Part shown: in pieces, positions 62,466-64,000 of the stretch
How positions within the stretch are numbered: the stretch's first letter is position 1
How the letters are laid out: the number at the start of each line of letters is the position of its first letter
Source of the DNA: a virus
Length of the DNA: 64,000 nucleotides
Strand: one strand, 5' to 3'
IMG/VR virus record: IMGVR_UViG_3300042520_000681
Span: 4,095 to 68,094 of that record
Translations under genes and position numbers: made by a program
The notes under the pieces: generated by a model
What the model was told of the DNA's origin: nothing
Database searches by the model: none
What the model saw: the letters and a program-made list of their open reading frames with translations, nothing else

Positions 62466-62852
62466 ATGAAAGATACGCCTGAAACACAGGAAGCCGTAGA
62501 GCGGTGGAACCAAGGCAAGATTAATGCCTTTGACGAGATGGCTAGGCTGGAGCGCGAGCGCGACGATTATATGGAACGATGCAGATTTGCACTTTCCGAA
62601 CGGGATAGCTGGAGAATGCGAGCAGAGCAAAAATATGCAATGCGACGAGAGCTTGAAGAATTACTCGGCGTTGATCGCAATGATGCTTCTGATGAGCAGT
62701 TTCAAAAAGGACTTGATGCTATTAAAAATATAATACGCGAGCGCGACAAGGCTAGGAAGTTTCTACTGGAAATCGCAAATGCCAGTCATTTTGACAATAT
62801 TGGGAACTGGGCAAGGAATAAGGCAAAGGAAGCATTGGGGGGAGCGAAATGA
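62466..62852 (+). CDS. coiled-coil protein (DTPET / ERERD family)
   Basis: MKDTPET...RLERERD. Confidence 0.65.
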   Translation: MKDTPETQEAVERWNQGKINAFDEMARLERERDDYMERCRFALSERDSWRMRAEQKYAMRRELEELLGVDRNDASDEQFQKGLDAIKNIIRERDKARKFLLEIANASHFDNIGNWARNKAKEALGGAK

Positions 62853-63361
62853 GCGATACACCTGAAACGGATTCTAAGACAAACTCTACATTCGGGAACC
62901 ACTCCTGCGCTACCGTGCTTGCAGACTTCGCTAGGAAACTGGAACGCGAGAGGGATGAAGCAATCCGCCAACGAGACGAAACCAACCGTTCCTCAAAATA
63001 TGCCTGCGATTACTATCAAGATGAAAAGGTAAAAGCGGAACGCGAGAGAGACGAGGCGCGACACGAAATCGAAGGATGGAGGAACAAATGGGAATGCGCC
63101 GTAGAGATGGCTGCAAGAGCAGAGATTGAGAGAGATGAGGCTAGATACGAATCTGACGCACAAGCCAGACTGCTAGGTATGAGCGCGGAGAGAGAAGAAT
63201 CCGTTAAAGGGAAACTATTCCTAGCAGAGAGAGAACTAGCAAAGCTAAAAGCCGCCGCAAAGGAAGTCGTTAAAGTATGGGAAACCCCACCGTGGAAAAT
63301 AGGCGAAACCCCAAGTAATGCGATAACCCAACTCAGGGACACAATAGGCTACGAAGACTAG
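62849..63361 (+). CDS. coiled-coil protein (DTPET / ERERDEA repeats)
   Basis: MSDTPETD...FARKLERERDEA with repeated ERDEAR. Confidence 0.7.
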   Translation: MSDTPETDSKTNSTFGNHSCATVLADFARKLERERDEAIRQRDETNRSSKYACDYYQDEKVKAERERDEARHEIEGWRNKWECAVEMAARAEIERDEARYESDAQARLLGMSAEREESVKGKLFLAERELAKLKAAAKEVVKVWETPPWKIGETPSNAITQLRDTIGYED

Positions 63362-63592
63362 CCAAATTGCAATCTAGACCCCAAAATGCAATTTACCCTT
63401 TTTCTAAAAACAACAGGTGATCTACCCTCGATAGCGTAATGATTAAGTTATCCGAGGAAGACAGACCAACGCAGAACACACAATACCTCTAGATTAGCGT
63501 ATAAGCCTCTAGGAATGCTCGGAAGTAGAAAACCGATACATCGTAGCAGTAAGGTAACAAAACGCGTTTAACGGGCTTCTAAACGAAATTAC

Positions 63593-63666
63593 GCCCTCGT
63601 AGCTCAATAGGACAGAGCGACAGATTTCTAATCTGTAGGTTGCTGGTTCGATCCCAGCCGAGGGTA
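63593..63666 (+). tRNA. tRNA-Arg(TCT)
   Basis: acceptor GCCCTCG/CGAGGGT, D arm GCTC..GAGC, anticodon arm ACAGA-TTTCTAA-TCTGT, T arm GCTGG-TTCGATC-CCAGC; CCA not encoded. Confidence 0.95.
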
Positions 63667-63928
63667 AGTATCTCAATCAACGAGAACTTACGAAAACTAA
63701 AACCTACTAACTGCGAAAAATTGCGAAAATAGCGAGATAGTAGGTCGAGAAAGGCGTAAATATTTTATTTTTATATTTTTATATTTTTACCTAGGTCTTG
63801 TTTTACGCCTGATGCACGGCCCGCGTCCCCCCACCCCCTGCCACCCCTGCCGTCCCCTAGCTCACGGCCCCACGGCTCACGGCCTGCCCTGCCCTCCCTC
63901 CCGCCGTCCTTGCTAGTGTGTCCTGCCG

Positions 63929-64000
63929 TCCTACCTACCTACCTACCTACCTACCTACCTACCCTACCTACCCTACCTACCCTACCTACCCTACCTACCT
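63929..64000. repeat. (CCTA)n then (CCCTACCTA)n tandem repeat, truncated by window end
   Basis: read directly from the sequence; preceded by a C-rich tract from ~63818. Confidence 0.9.

Overview
The window is most of a tailed dsDNA phage genome (Caudoviricetes, podovirus-like: portal, scaffold, major capsid, terminase and a giant ejection protein, with no tape-measure or tail-tube gene). It uses the standard genetic code. A PATR-repeat fibre, almost no Shine-Dalgarno motifs and small ERERDEAR-type proteins suggest a PVC-group (Verrucomicrobiota-like) aquatic host, which is an inference. The modules are: recombination/replication (ERF, PD-(D/E)XK exonuclease, initiator, DnaB, RuvC-like, HNH); a three-gene 7-deazaguanine cluster (TGT/DpdA-like, QueF-like, QueD); lysis; four Gly-Ala-Thr collagen fibres plus other fibres; about six glycosyltransferase-like and three methyltransferase genes; and tRNA-Arg(TCT). 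The most striking unexplained signals are non-coding. (1) A ~75-nt sRNA at 11.5 kb, with its own promoter and terminator, has a loop complementary to the AUG context of many phage genes. (2) A tandem array of five closed, partly tRNA-like RNA structures lies at 58.3-58.8 kb. (3) A ~450-nt GNRA-rich structured region lies at 54.8-55.25 kb. (4) Loop-loop complementary leader hairpins recur. (5) Promoters share a TTGAnn-N16-TAnnnT architecture. All assignments come from motif reading and hand folding; no searches were run.
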